Below, in pieces: positions 11,910 through 25,104 of a stretch of 64,000 bases of DNA. This stretch comes from Octopus bimaculoides (taxonomy: Eukaryota), in assembly GCF_001194135.2 (NCBI RefSeq), contig NC_068986.1, forward strand, positions 7,080,436 through 7,144,435. The letters are read 5' to 3'. Position 1 is the first letter of the stretch; each line of letters starts with the position of its first letter. Position numbers and translations under genes: made by a program. The notes under the pieces are model-generated. The model was not told where the DNA came from. It saw only the letters and a list, made by a program, of their open reading frames with translations, and made no database searches.

Positions 11910-12779
11910 CAGAAGGTGGTATCAAAATGTTCCCAGACTAGTTCTGTAGCATACCAACAGATGGCAGCACACGGTTGTGTGTGCAGTGAGTGCTACCAGT
12001 GACCTTCACAAAGTAGTGTGCCAAGTGACATCACTGTGTTCACTTTGTAAGTTGTGAAATTTGTGATTTTCTGATCACGTGTATATTGTAGTCTGCGATT
12101 TTGTCATGGTCAGGAAGTTGGAACAAAGAGCCAACGTGAGATTTTGTGTTAAGCTTGGGAAGTCTGCTACAAAGACATTGAGCATGCTTCAAAAAGCTTA
12201 TAGTGATAAGGCAATGGGTCATAGACAATGTTCCGAGTGGCACAGGCACTTCAAAAGCAGAACATCCCTGGAAGATGATGAGCAATCTGGAAGACTGGCT
12301 ACAAGCGTCACCCCTGGGAATGTGATATGGTTCATCAAAAATTTGTCCTCCAGGGCCAGACCATCAACTGAGTTCTACTGCAACATTCAGCATAAGTGAC
12401 TGGATCTGTGGAGCACAAAGAATTGGATTCTTCACAACAATGCATCCTGTCACCAAGCTCTCCTCATTCGTGAGATTCTCACCAAAAGCAACATGGTATC
12501 ATTTCCACACCTGCCCTATTCACCAGATTTAGCACCTGTGAACTTCTTTCTTTTCCCCAATATAAAAATGCTGCTCAAAGGTTGCTGTTTTAACACTGTT
12601 GTCGAGATTCAGAGTGAATCACAGAAGGTGCAGGTCGGATTCCAAAAGTGGCAGGAACACTGGGACTGGTGTATTGCTGCACAACGTAAATATTTCAAAG
12701 GAGATAATGCTAAAACTTCGGTAAATAAGTTATTTTTTATCAAACATAACTAGCCTGGGAACTTTTTGCTACCACCTGG
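11910..12779 (+). mobile_element. Internally deleted mariner transposon (second family)
   Basis: ITRs TA|CAGAAGGTGGTATCAAAATGTTCCCAGACTAG and TAGCCTGGGAACTTTTTGCTACCACCTGG|TA; peptides EQRANVRFCVKLGKSAT, EDDEQSGR, HLPYSPDLAPVNFFLFP. Confidence 0.92.
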
Positions 12780-14289
12780 TATTTTGATGGGTAACAAATT
12801 GGTAAAGAAAACATTCTTTTAAAAGGGGGTATTTTCCTTTCTACTATCCTTTGAACAGCCATGTATCTCAAATTTTTAATGTTTTGCAAATTTTTACTAT
12901 CCTAAATATTATGATCATTTGTAGCAAAGAATAATGAAGCCATGTTATTTCTCCAAGGTACCAAGTTGATCCATACTTTGATCCATGCAGATTTTCCACC
13001 AAAATTTAGTAGCATAAAACATATACACATCATAACATTCATTATAATAAAAAGGTATACATGCATAAAGAGCTTACACACAAATACTTGCATACTAAAG
13101 AGACATACAACTATTATAGGAGTGTACATACATCCATAGAGACTTGTACTAACATCAAGCAAAACCATGTCAATTTGTTAGTGACTAGCTTAGGATTATT
13201 GAGACCCTGACTTACCACCTGTCATAATTTTGTAAAAGTAGACATCAAAATATTAGAAATGTTATATTACAATTACAATCCAGTTATGGAAATGAACATC
13301 ATTTAACATTTGTTCTCCATGGGTTGAATGACTTTACAGGAGCTGGCAACTCAAAGAGGAACTGCACTAGGCCCCAAATGTCTGTTTTGGCATGGTTTCT
13401 TTGGCTGATTGCCCTTCCTAACACCAACTACTTTACAGAGTGTGGACTGTGCGCTTTTAATGTGGCACCAGCACAGGCACTTTTTACAAAGCTAAATACA
13501 TTTACACACAAGTCAAAATATACATTTACAAATATAATAACATTCATGCATGCACAGATGCATACATGCCTACCTACCTGATAACTCAATCTTAATGAAA
13601 TAGCCTTGTTTCTCAGTTAAAAACTAGGTTTTTTTTAAATTATTCTATTTATTTTTCTATTCTTTTGTTGAGAAACTTAAAAATACAACCAGAAAAACAT
13701 TTATGGTACATACTATACAGTATGATGTTACTCCAACAATGAACAATGTCAGCTATAGGAAAGACTGTCCTGGCATAAATACAGAGAACATTTGGTGTAC
13801 ATTTCCATTAAAACATCCACCCAAAGTAAATATAACAGGTATCATATAGTTAATTTCGAAAGAAAAGAAACATTATATACTGTTACAGAACTCAACCACT
13901 CTGCAGATGTGAACATTTCTTTCAAAGTCAGTGACAGAAAGAATATTCAGAAACAACTGCTTCAAAACCTACATCTCAACCAAACTATTAAATTCACCTT
14001 TCACTTAAAATAATGGGTACATTTTAGTTACATACTAAATGTCTAAGAGATAATCCAAAACATGAAAGACTTCTTTCTGTTTAGAGCATGAGCTAGACAG
14101 TTCAACAGGAGCCAAGGCAGAGAATTGCACTGAACTCCAATGTCTGCTTTGACATGCTTTCTATGCCTAGATGCTCTTCCTAGTGCCAAACACTTTACAA
14201 AGTGTATTAGGTGCTGCTTCTGTAGCACCAGCACTAACAAGATCACCAAGTAACTTGTATGAGTTAATAAGTCCCTCAATTGGACAAGA

Positions 14290-14830
14290 GTGGATGCATG
14301 GTCAATGGTAAATATGCACTTGAGGAGAGAAAGGTGCTAAGTGGCTGTGCTTGTGAGGGAAAGTGCCCAAACCACTTCTCACAAGTGGAAGCACTGCAAG
14401 ACAATATGTTGGGTTGTTTTTCAAACCAAATTTTCTGAATAGTTCCCAATCACATGTGGATTGAAGCAGGGTTGTATCCTTCTTATACCTGTGACACCTT
14501 TTGGACTCCCTCCAGACAATCCAGGTGATGACACGAGATACCATTTTGCTGGTAGACTATTTAACATAGGCATATTTTGATCTCATTGACTCCTACCAAC
14601 ATTCAGTGCATCTCAGTCTCAATACACAGATGACCATGTTACTCTTTATCACACATCAGGAACCTCAGCAATCAGTCAACAACTTCACCAGTTAATCTGA
14701 TTATTTCAGCCTCACAGTAAATATCAAGAAGACTGAAGACTGACCTCTCTGATTTCAACATCATCTTGAATACTTTTCCTCACTGCAAGTTGACCACTTT
14801 CCCTATTTTAAAGTATTCTTTCCAATAAAT
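14290..14830 (+). mobile_element. Old RTE/BovB-like RT fragment (distinct from the dominant RTE family)
   Basis: KCPNHF..LQDNMLG, FPITCGLKQGCIL, GRLFNI and LTVNIKKTE motifs with stops and frameshifts. Confidence 0.65.
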
Positions 14831-15149
14831 GTGCTTTGAAAAAGGATGTAGAATAGTACCATTTATCTTTCTTTTATTGTTTACTTATTTCAGCCTGTAA
14901 TTGTGTCCATGTTAGAGGACTACCACTGGTGGTCCTAAACTTTTACTGATCCTCATTCTTTAAATAGTAGTTAGGAAATGAAGGAGTTTAAAGTTGCTAC
15001 CCTCAGTTGTGTTTCTTGCCTTGAAGTAGGTCATCTGGAATTCTATATGGTAGAAGACCCAGTTGCTTTTTGAAGACATCTATTTTCATGCCATGTAGGT
15101 CTCTCAAGTCTTTTGGTAGGATACTGTAAAGCTAAGGGCCTTTGAATCC

Positions 15150-16990
15150 TAAGCTATGATAGTATTTGGACTTAAATCTGGATGGCAAGGATGGGATCTT
15201 TGGCACTATGCAGGGGTGTCTTGTTCTGGAATTAGCATAGCTTTTAATGCCAAAGTTTGGTACAAATCCTTCCAGACATATATTATTGTCTATCTTTTCT
15301 GTCTTTGCTCTAGGAAGCAGAGTCTTAACTGTTTTCCCAGCAGCTGATCTGCTGCATCAAGACAATCCTCTTAATGTAGCAACATTAGACTGCTTCAAGT
15401 TCTGCCATTAATTTTACATTATGTAGTGACTACAATTGGGAAACGTTCTCCAAAAGACCATCATAGTTTCCTGCCCTCTTTTTCTGAAAGTTTTTTGAAT
15501 CCATCTCCCAAGCCATCAACATTGCTTTGCTTCATTATTCATGTTTTTGCCCAGGTCATGTACTGATAGTGGTGTTGAGACTGCAGTCCCTCCACTGCAG
15601 AGTATTTTGTCTGCATTGCATTTAACTTTGTGTGCTGATAGTGGAGGGTTTGAAACTTTTCAGCATTAAATTGATTATCATTTTTTTTTTAGTCAACTTA
15701 TAAATAGCCTTTAGGTTATGTTACAGGTGTGTAACGAGTTCTTTATCACTTGTGATACTTTCTTATCGTCTGCATTGCTAGCATAGATGGCTGACTGTAT
15801 AGCTGATGGCAAGTCTGAGAGAGCCACTACAAAACAGCAGTGACCCCAATCAGTACCCCGTGGGACTCCACTCACTATTATCATTTCCTGGGGGAAGGTC
15901 CCATTGGCTATTACTGACCGACTTCTAACTTTTAAAAGTCATGCAGCCATTCTCCAAGCTTTCCAACTATGCCTTGAACATGTAGTCAGTGACATATTCT
16001 ATGATCAACTTTATCAAAGGCTCTTGCAAAACTAAGATAAATATATCCACATTGCTTGAATAGTTGCACAACAGTTTTAACAGCCAGTCATAATGTTGTA
16101 GGAGCTGTGTCAGACAGGTTCTTCCTGATCAAAAACCGTGTTGGGTGTAAATTAGCAAGTAATTTTCTTCAAGGAATGTGATTAGTTACCTCCTGACATT
16201 TCATTCTACGACTTTGCTGCAGTGAAGTTAGAGATATGTCTTTAATTTTTAACATCTCTGTTTCGACTTTTATAAATAGGGATATAGTTAAGCCTTGATT
16301 TAACACACTTAGAAGCTTGCTAATTACAAGGAAACTCTGGAAGACACGAGAATCTATTAGGGCTAGTTGCTTATTCAATATTCGCTTATCCTAGTGGGGC
16401 TTGCAGTTTCGGGAGCCATTTTCTTGAAAGAATGATCCTACCCTGCAAGGCTTTGGGGCTGTTTCTTTAGCAAATTTATAGAAAGCTTTAAGGTTTGTTT
16501 TACATTGTGTATAACCCTGCCTTCTTTTTCTGCTCTTTCTTTTACACGGGAGTATTGCAAATTTTTCTTAATCTCCAGCAATGTCGTTTTACGATAGGAT
16601 TTTTGGTTGTTTATTTTGGTGGTTTTCAACCTTTGTTCTTCATAAGAACTTTCCTCTCACTGGGAATTTTGTTCTTGTGCAGTCAACTTTTCTCTCTAGG
16701 ACAAATTTTATGCATTACTGACATAAATTGCTTATAGATGTCAGGTGTGGAGACAGTTCTACCAATTCTCTCCCTAGAGTCTGGATACTTCTTATAGATT
16801 GCATACCTGCTGCTTCCTTTAGCCATACATTGTCAGCTCTATTACATTTGTGATCCGAGACTAGCATCAGTATCACTTTCACATTATGAAGAAGTTCCAT
16901 ATTATTTGTGAAGCAGAGATCCAGGATATTGTTTACCTTGTTTGGGTGGAGAACCACTTATCCCATAAGATGCTGGTGAGAATGAGGATG
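15150..16990 (-). mobile_element. Decayed CR1/L2-like LINE (endonuclease end plus RT)
   Basis: NNILDLCFTN..SDH (EN end), TQHGF.SGRTCLTQLLQHYDWLL, AFDKVDH-like, SGVPRGT and ADD remnants. Confidence 0.85.
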
Positions 16991-17284
16991 GGTTCTGCTC
17001 ACTTTTCTTCACATCACACTCTCTCTCATATATATATGTATTATTGTATGAATGGGTAGATATATACATATGTGTAAGCACAGTAAACAATATATACATT
17101 TACATGCACCCGGTCCATTGCCTAAAGTTTTTAGCGTTGGGAAGGGCACCTAGCCGTAAAAATTAAGTCTCAATTAAACTTACAAGAGAAATGTGATTCC
17201 CTTATCAGTCAACTCATGCCAGAATGGAAAGCGGATGAAAAATGACGATGACAATAATCAGGATGTAAACAGGTAGAAATATCA

Positions 17285-17318
<34 letters not shown>

Positions 17319-17404
17319 TAAAGATTTACAAGCGTGCGTGAACGCGTGTTGCGTGTGTGTATACACACACACATACATATAAATAATTATATATATAAAG
17401 AGAA

Positions 17405-17520
17405 ATATATGACACTGGCCAACGTCTTCGGTTATTAGGTTGCTTCCCTTTATATTGTGAGTTCAAATTCCGCTCAAGCCCACGTTGTCTTCATCTCGAG
17501 GTTTGCAAAATTAGTACTGA
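17405..17520 (+). mobile_element. Decayed tRNA-derived SINE head
   Basis: GTGAGTTCAAATTCCGC..GCCCACGTTGTCTTCATC; B-box-like GTTCAAATTC. Confidence 0.5.
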
Positions 17521-19489
17521 ATCTGATATGATCGTTTTTAGCCTCAGAAGATGGAACCCGAACATAACCAACATCTAATGACTGAAGCTAGTGATATATA
17601 ACAACAAAATATATAGATATACAGACACATATTCATACATATACAACCGTGTGTGTGTCTATACACACATCTGCTAGCGTATCTACTACGTGTAACGGTT
17701 GAGTTTGGTGAACAGTTATTTTTGTAAATAAAGCTATTGTGACGACGAGTTTGTTGCAATTTAACAGCTTTAAATATACATAGTATGTTTTCGATATAGG
17801 TACAGAAACTACTTCGCATGAGTGGGGGGAGGGGGAGGTTTACATTGTTGTTTATGTTATTGGGTTAGAATATCATTAATAATGTAATGAAATACTGTGT
17901 AAAATATTAAGTTAGCTCAATGGTGACGTTTAATGTTGATGAAGGCAAACTGATTGAGTGGCGAACAAAATAACAACTAATATGAAACAGTAAAGGAAAT
18001 AATGTAGATAAAAAAATATCTGTTCTAGATTCACAGTCCAACTTCAATAATAATAATAATAATAATAATGATATTTTGTAGATCAGCGACACAATAACAG
18101 CATAATACTATGTTTGAAAGTGGTCAAAGAGACTAAAGTTGTGGTGTTGGTGTTCAGTTTCAACCCCACCCAGTTTTTTTTTTTTGTTTTTTTGTTTGTT
18201 TGGGTGTTTGGTATGGTTTACTTTTTTTAATTACTTGGTATTGCAACGACCAAAGAACCTTTACAAAAACAAAACTAGAAGATTATTGCTAATGAATAGC
18301 GAAATATAAAGTGAAGTTAAGGAATAAAATGTTGAAGTAAAAGGAAGTCGAAGACAATGTTATTTTAGTCTCCAATATACAAAGGACTTCCTGTACACAC
18401 ACCAACAAGCACAGTCGACAGTAAAAGACATAATAGTCATTAAATTTAAGTTAGTTGATCTTTAATTACTTCATGGAAATATGAATTAATTCCTTAATAT
18501 CAATGGACAGAACTAAAAAGGAAATTATTTAAAATTGTAGCCTTTCTAAAACACAAGAGCCTGTCACCATGTGGCGTAGCTTAATAATAATAATAATAAT
18601 TAACCCTGTAAGGAATAGAGAGAAATATATGCGGGAAAATAGCGATCATTACGTGAAATAAGCAACTTAAAACATTTGATATGGATAGAAGAGAAATATT
18701 ATATGAGATATGGTTAAAGATTTAGAAGGTGAGAGAAATTACAGACGGTCTACCATAGATTTAATAACCGAGTGGAAGGCAATAGATATTTGTTCTATAA
18801 CAGAATTAAATGGTATCTAACAGAAATTATTTTAACAAACAGCAACAGCTGTAACAATGTCTAATGACTAATAAAGCTTTTAACACGGAAGTACACATGG
18901 AAAGCACACGTCGACACGACATAGGTGTATCTTTGTCGATGTTGTTGGTTCTAATATAAACAAGACATCATTATAAAGACATATACACACACTTCAATAT
19001 AAACACACACACACATAAATATCTGTATATACACAAGCACACACACTATTTAAAGCTTCAAGACGTTTATAACTATCAAGATTATTCAGTTTTCCAGAAA
19101 TATAGACAATAATAATGATAATAAACAAATAATTGAAATTGCAGAAACGTTTCAAAGCGGACAATTATTAATTCGTTATTGACGAATTTCAATGAAACTC
19201 ATAAACTGATTGATAAATGTCCAAAGTTCTCTTGATAAAAATAATTATTGGTGTCTAGTAAGAACGAATATAATTCAAGGAGCTAAACTATAATTTAATG
19301 AACACAAAATATAAATCGATCAAACGAAAAATAACCGAATAGAGAGAAATCGCAACAAATTTTCTGGACGCTTTTCGGTGAGGTTATTTAATGGTCTCTT
19401 TTTCAGTGGCAATAATTATTTTTAAAGGCGCTTACATCAAATTTTAGTGATAATATTTTTTTAACTTAAACCCATGGATTTGAGCTTAC

Positions 19490-19640
19490 CTTGTGTTAAA
19501 TTTCGGGCCATTTCTTATCCGAAATGCTACTCATAATTTTCGTTCACGACTAGTTGCCAGTAAAAATGGCCGCCATAAGCTGTGTATAGAAACTATGAAG
19601 ATTTGTTAGCGTGACCCAGAACAAAGCAGAGTCGACACTT
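19490..19640 (-). promoter_or_regulatory. Candidate promoter/first exon of a minus-strand gene
   Basis: Local CpG enrichment; strong donor CAAG|GTAAGC at 19490/19489; palindrome ATGGCCGCCAT (YY1-like) at 19566-19576; CCAAT-like boxes around 20330-20370. Confidence 0.55.
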
Positions 19641-20959
19641 CGGTTAGGAGATGCGGTTCACTTACAACCACCTAAACATACCAAATCAGCCCATTTTTTA
19701 CACTTTCTAACATTATAAAGTACGAAAAGATACTTTTAGAAAAACAATTCTTAAGAATAAAAGTATAAAAATAAGTACAATTCATTATTTTTTAGATGTT
19801 TGCGTAGATGTATGGATCATACTGCGCAGTTGTATATGACATTCCTCCGCCGAAAAATTAGTTTTCATTTTCTCTTCAATTAAGCTCTTGTCAAATACTT
19901 GTATGATAAATCACAATAAAATGAAATATGTTACTGGTATTTTATAAATGATTTTATATGAAAAGAAGCCAAACCAGAAAAAATAGATAAAAAGCTTGAA
20001 GAAAGTAGTACCAAAGACTGCTTACTCAAGCCCTTGAGTTGATGAATGAAACCCCTGCATATAATAGTAGATCGTTGTCTGAAAATAAAGATAAACTCAC
20101 TCCTCACTTAAATGCTAACCTTCTAAGTAAGACAAGGTAGCTTTAAATTTTACACAAATACTACCTAAATTGCAAAAAAAATTTTATCCCCATATTTTAT
20201 TGTTTTTATATTGGCAAGGTAACGAAAAATAGCTCTTTTATACTATCAACTACAACAACGGGCTACGTGCACAATTCCTAATTCGTCATGTTGATTAGTC
20301 AATGGTGAAATTATAAAGCCGAATAGATATTTTGATTGGTTAATACACTTGAACCTCATTAAACATTGGCTTAATCAGGAAATGGCAATTAAATTTTCTC
20401 AAAGATTTCGAATTCTTCCAAAATATTTATGACAACTTTTCACGAAATATTTGTATCTTTTTATTAATTTTTTTGAAAAATTGACTATAAAAAGTTATAT
20501 TATTTCAAACAATAATTCATTCTTTTACACACACACATACAAGCACATACATACATACGTATATACATATTGTGGACGAATTTTTGGCAAATATCTGGCC
20601 AAAATCTTCCAGAATTATCACGTTAAGAAAAACCGTCATCATTTCTATTTCTGTCAGCTTTTCCAAGCTGACATGGATTGGACTGGTCATCATAGTTCTT
20701 ATTCTGTACTGACTTCCTAATGGTACAGGGACCACGTCTCAATCGTGCATTATATTTTTTACATGTTTTCTATTGCTGGATGCTTTTCCTATCGCTAACC
20801 ACTTCACAGCATCCACTGGGTATATTGTACTGTAGTACCAACACTAAAGAGGTTACTATGACCTCCGCGACACTAAAGAGCTCTCTCTATTCTCAGCTGT
20901 GTCCATTTGTACACCAACCAGTGAGTACCAAGTGTTTTTTTCTTTTTTGTAAAAGTGAA

Positions 20960-22370
20960 GTGTTTTTTGTTCAGCTCTTGGAAATCTAATACTGGCTTTA
21001 TGCTTCGTCAGCTGCACCACTGCCATCAGTTGTAGCACTCCAGTCTCCATTTCCTCCTTCCAAGGGATCAGAATACCTTCCTTGATCTACTGTTCCACCT
21101 CTCCCTCGAACTCACTTCTGGTATCCCCTTTCAGGGTATGCTGATAGCAACCTACTGTGTTTTTAAACATCGGAGGATCTCCCTTCCAGAACCATTCCAT
21201 TGTCCACTGCCAACTATCAAACACAGCCCGAAAATCCTTTTCTGTAATAGTATGTGCAGCATATTTTTCTTTGCAGCTCTCACCACTCTCCTGTTGCAGA
21301 CTCATGGCACATAGCGCCCCTGCATCACTGAACACTATACCAACTTCATTGACTGTGATACCTCCCAAATGGACTATGGTGTCCATCCCCATCGCCACAT
21401 CAACTCTGTCCACCACACGGTTGATCACAATCACATGCAACCTCAATCTCGTTTCTTGTACCACCATCTCCAAGTCGCTACTTCCTCTGCATTCAACTTC
21501 CATATTGTCAACAGCCCTTACACGACTCACTCCACTCCATTCTTCCACCACCTCCGGAGTCATTAGGGTTGTTGAGCGGCCCGTGTCCACGAGGGCTTGT
21601 TACACCTTTCCATTCACCATGACATCTATTACTGGCAACGACTGCATACACGCCTCTATTTTTTTGAAAGGGTCTCCCTTAGACCCTTTCCCTGAATGCA
21701 TTCACTGGTGATGTGGCCTATTTTTCAGCATTGATAGCAAAATTACTCCAGGCCTGTGTTCCTTGCAGTCTCTCACCATGTGTGAACCCTGACACTGAAA
21801 ACACTGCCCTTTGAAGGGTCACACACGTTTCTTGTTTGATCCCTTCTCATTGTTGCAGTTGCTGCTAAAGATGTCATACTGCAACACGAATTGATGACTC
21901 TGGTCCGAGATATTACCTCTCCCATGGAGTGAATATTTGGCAGCTTTTGCAGTTTGACCGACATGTGGTCAGGAAATCCTGTGACAAATGCTAATTTAAC
22001 TGTTCCAAGCATCATCCCTGTATCCCAAGAGTCTAGCCAATCTCCTGATTTTGTTGGCAAACACATCGACCTGTTCACCTTTTCACCTGTCCACTTTGCT
22101 TTCCCCAGTCAACCATATGCATAAATGGCCCTTCTGTAAAAGCCTTCATCAGCTGGCCTTCTATTTTTTCTGCGCTTAACTAGTCCTTCTCCATTTCCAG
22201 GTATAGCGCCAATGCTGATCCATTGAGGTACAACAGTATGAAACTCGCTAGGTAATCTATACCTTGGAGTCTTGCCACCAACTTAATTTTTTGCAGCCAA
22301 GCGGCGACATCTCCTTTGCCACAAAATGGCCTAACCGTCTCGTTCAAAACACAGACCATACCTGTCATTT
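20960..22370 (-). mobile_element. Gypsy/Ty3 LTR retrotransposon remnant: gag, two CCHC knuckles, aspartyl protease, RT start
   Basis: gag-like FCGKGDVAAWLQKIKLVARL; CFQCQGSHMVRDC plus a frameshifted second knuckle; ALVDTGRSTTL protease; GVLQLMAVVQLTK at the RT start. Confidence 0.9.
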
Positions 22371-22413
22371 NNNNNNNNNNNNNNNNNGGGGGGGGGGGGC
22401 AGGCAAAATAGCT

Positions 22414-22720
22414 TGTGATGCGAAGGAGGAAAAAGACAGAAGCAAAGAGAGAATTGTAATAGTCTTACCTATCGGTCTGTAAAGGGTCGCTCACAACATC
22501 CACATGCTCTGTTTCGATCTGGAAGATTCGTTTAACGTCCACATGCTCCGTCCATCACCGTACTGTCTAATACACCTGCTCTGATGCACTGTCTGCTGCC
22601 AACTGACTGCTTGCGCCTCGCTGACTCCACATGTTCACCGCAGCCCTTCTGGTGGAACCCACAAGCCCCACTTCCAATAGGACATGCCTATTCCCTCACT
22701 TCTAGTCTTTCCCTACAACA
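22414..22720 (-). mobile_element. Probable 5' LTR of the adjacent Gypsy remnant (307 bp)
   Basis: Minus strand TGTTGTAG...CATCACA (TG..CA termini) immediately upstream of gag; a gap at 22371-22387 obscures the PBS. Confidence 0.65.
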
Positions 22721-23867
22721 CAGCCTGGCTCATAACCCACATTTTCTTCAAAAACTAAATGGAGAATTTATTTATGCCATGCCAAATGAGATAAATGGAT
22801 GTAACAAACAGAGCCAATGGCTTACTTTTTTTTTTTATTAATGCTATTCCTCAGTTATTCAAGACACCTATTGATCTGCAAAGTTGAAGAAATGAGGAGT
22901 TATGATGCTCCTGTCTTTCCCAGTAGTATTACTGGAATTAGTGTAATAGCTAATGTTAGAAATCAAACCTTACCCTCTCTTTACCAACACAAAATTAAAT
23001 CTTCTAAATCATCTCTCTCTTGTTAGGTGTTACTAATGACCTCTCCTGATAATTTCCTAACGTAACAAAAATTAAATCCCAAATACTAACTTTGTTCTTA
23101 AAAGACAGAAAATATTGAACAATTAGCTAACTCTCCACAAAGCTCAAGAGAGACTCACAATGGAATACTGTTCTTACATCTTAGAAGAAGTTGTTGTTAC
23201 ATACAAAAACATCCAAGGCCTGATCTAAAAGAAGGTCATCTGATTGATTTGCAAGGACTCATACTTTACCCTTTGGTGCATGTATTTGTGGATCATCTCT
23301 CTATCATTTACACTATAACTTCAACAGCATTTACTCTTCTGGATTAGATAGCTGCATCCAAGCCCATCCTCTCATGCCAATTCTAGCCATTATACTTGAT
23401 CATTTCTCACCAGAACAACAAACTTCTGAAATTCACTTCCTACCCTCATTTTACCTTCACCACCAACTAGCAGAAATTCTAGGTAAACATCAAGTGCATT
23501 AATCTAATCATACTCAAAGAATCTCTCAAGGTCATAGGCACACTCCTTTTTCCTAAATAATACTTGTTACTTATTGCTGTATTTAAGCAACCTTATTTAA
23601 ATGAAATAGTGTGAGTCAGTTCCCAGTAATGGCTGCTTGATTATTAAGCCATATATAAAGTCTCCTCTTATGTTATCTAGTTATCTATATAATCATAACA
23701 CAACGTAGCATTAGCATAGAGAAACCTTGTGTCAATGATTCCATTTACAAGAACTTTACTATGTATTTCACAATGCTCACCATTATTCAGATAGAGATAT
23801 TACTCTCTAAAAGAAAAACGTCCAACTAATTTCATAACATAATTCAATTTTTCATAAATACTAAACT

Positions 23868-25096
23868 CGTCATCATCATCATCATCATCTGCCTTCCATG
23901 CTGGCATGGGTGAGACGGTTTGAAAGGAGTGGTCCAGGCAGAAGCCTACACCAGACTTCTGTGTACTGTTTTAGCAGGATTTTTACAGCTTGATGCCCTT
24001 CCTGGCACTGACCACTCAGCAGAGTGAACCGAGTGCTTTTTACGTGGCACAAGCAGAGGTCATTTTTGGCAAGGTTTTTACAGCTGGATACCTTTCCAAA
24101 TGCCAATCACTATACAGTGTGGAGTGGATGCTTTTTAAGTGGCACCAACACTGACAGAGTAACGAAGTAACTTGCAAGACAAGCATCCTTTGAGAAGAGG
24201 TGGGGAGCATTGGAGGAGCGGATCCTGTGTCAGATGATGAAAGGTTATAGTGAGACAGAGAGACAGAAAAAGGTGTCTTGCTGTAGAGGAGGTACAAGGT
24301 TACCTGGCCGGGGAGAAAGATCAAGAATGAAGACAGAAACAGGTGTGCTGCCACAAAGGAGATACATGGTTACCCAACCTGAGGGGAGTGCAGGAGAAGG
24401 AGGGAGAGAGTGGGAGACAGCAGGATAGAGATGGTGGTAAGTGACAGTTCTTACTCTTGAGGTTTGAAGGTCATAATAATATGCGGCAGGATATTGGCAA
24501 AGAAGTGTGATTAGAGAGTGCAGAGGGGAGGAAGTGAATGGTGAAAACCTAGGCATATATAGAGCTGGGGGTGGGGGTTACCGGACAGCAATGGTACAGA
24601 GAAACAAGGCCATGAGGACTGGATTGGGGAGTGAGAGGTAGGCATAATGCATGAAGGAGGAAATGTGAGGAAGAGAAGAAATGAAACGATGTAGATTAGT
24701 TTGATGGGGTAAGGTGTGTTAAAAGTTTTCTTGTTATTTGTAGATAGAACACACAGATCGGGGGGGGGGGCTAGCAGATAGCAATGATACAGTGAGACAG
24801 GGCCAAGAGGAGAGGATTGGGGAGTGGAAGGTAAGCATAGTGCATGAAGTGGAAATATGAGGAAGAGAAGAAATGTAGAGATGTGGTTTGGTTTGTTGCG
24901 GTAGGGTATGTGAGAAGTTTTCTTGTTAAGTGTAGGTGGGACACACAACCCTTCTAGAACTTAGTTTCGCTGACATGGGTAAGTTTTCTCAAGACCCTCA
25001 TATCTCCATACATCTCAGTCCATTGTCATTTCCTCTGTGAAACCCAGCATCCTGAGATCAATCCTTACCACTTCATCCCACATCTTCCACAGGTAC
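23868..25096 (-). mobile_element. RTE LINE 3' part: ORF end, long 3' UTR with an internal duplication, (GAT)n tail
   Basis: CATCAT tail plus the CCATGCTGGCATGG hairpin at about 23870-23910; KMWDEVVRIDLRMLGFTEEMT at 25020-25090; duplicated blocks at about 24589-24755 and 24781-24950. Confidence 0.85.
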
Positions 25097-25104
25097 CATC
25101 CATT

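Noticed and set aside
13690-13975. Stop-poor minus-strand frame (VLKQLFLNILSVTDFERNVHIC...)
   Set aside because: Contains in-frame stops, has no clear donor and no recognisable homology; may be chance.
21157-21711. 184-aa plus-strand ORF
   Set aside because: Antisense shadow of the Gypsy protease region.
22388-22399. G-runs next to gaps (also 41327-41337) as polypurine tract or G-quadruplex
   Set aside because: They abut N gaps, so their length and context are unreliable.
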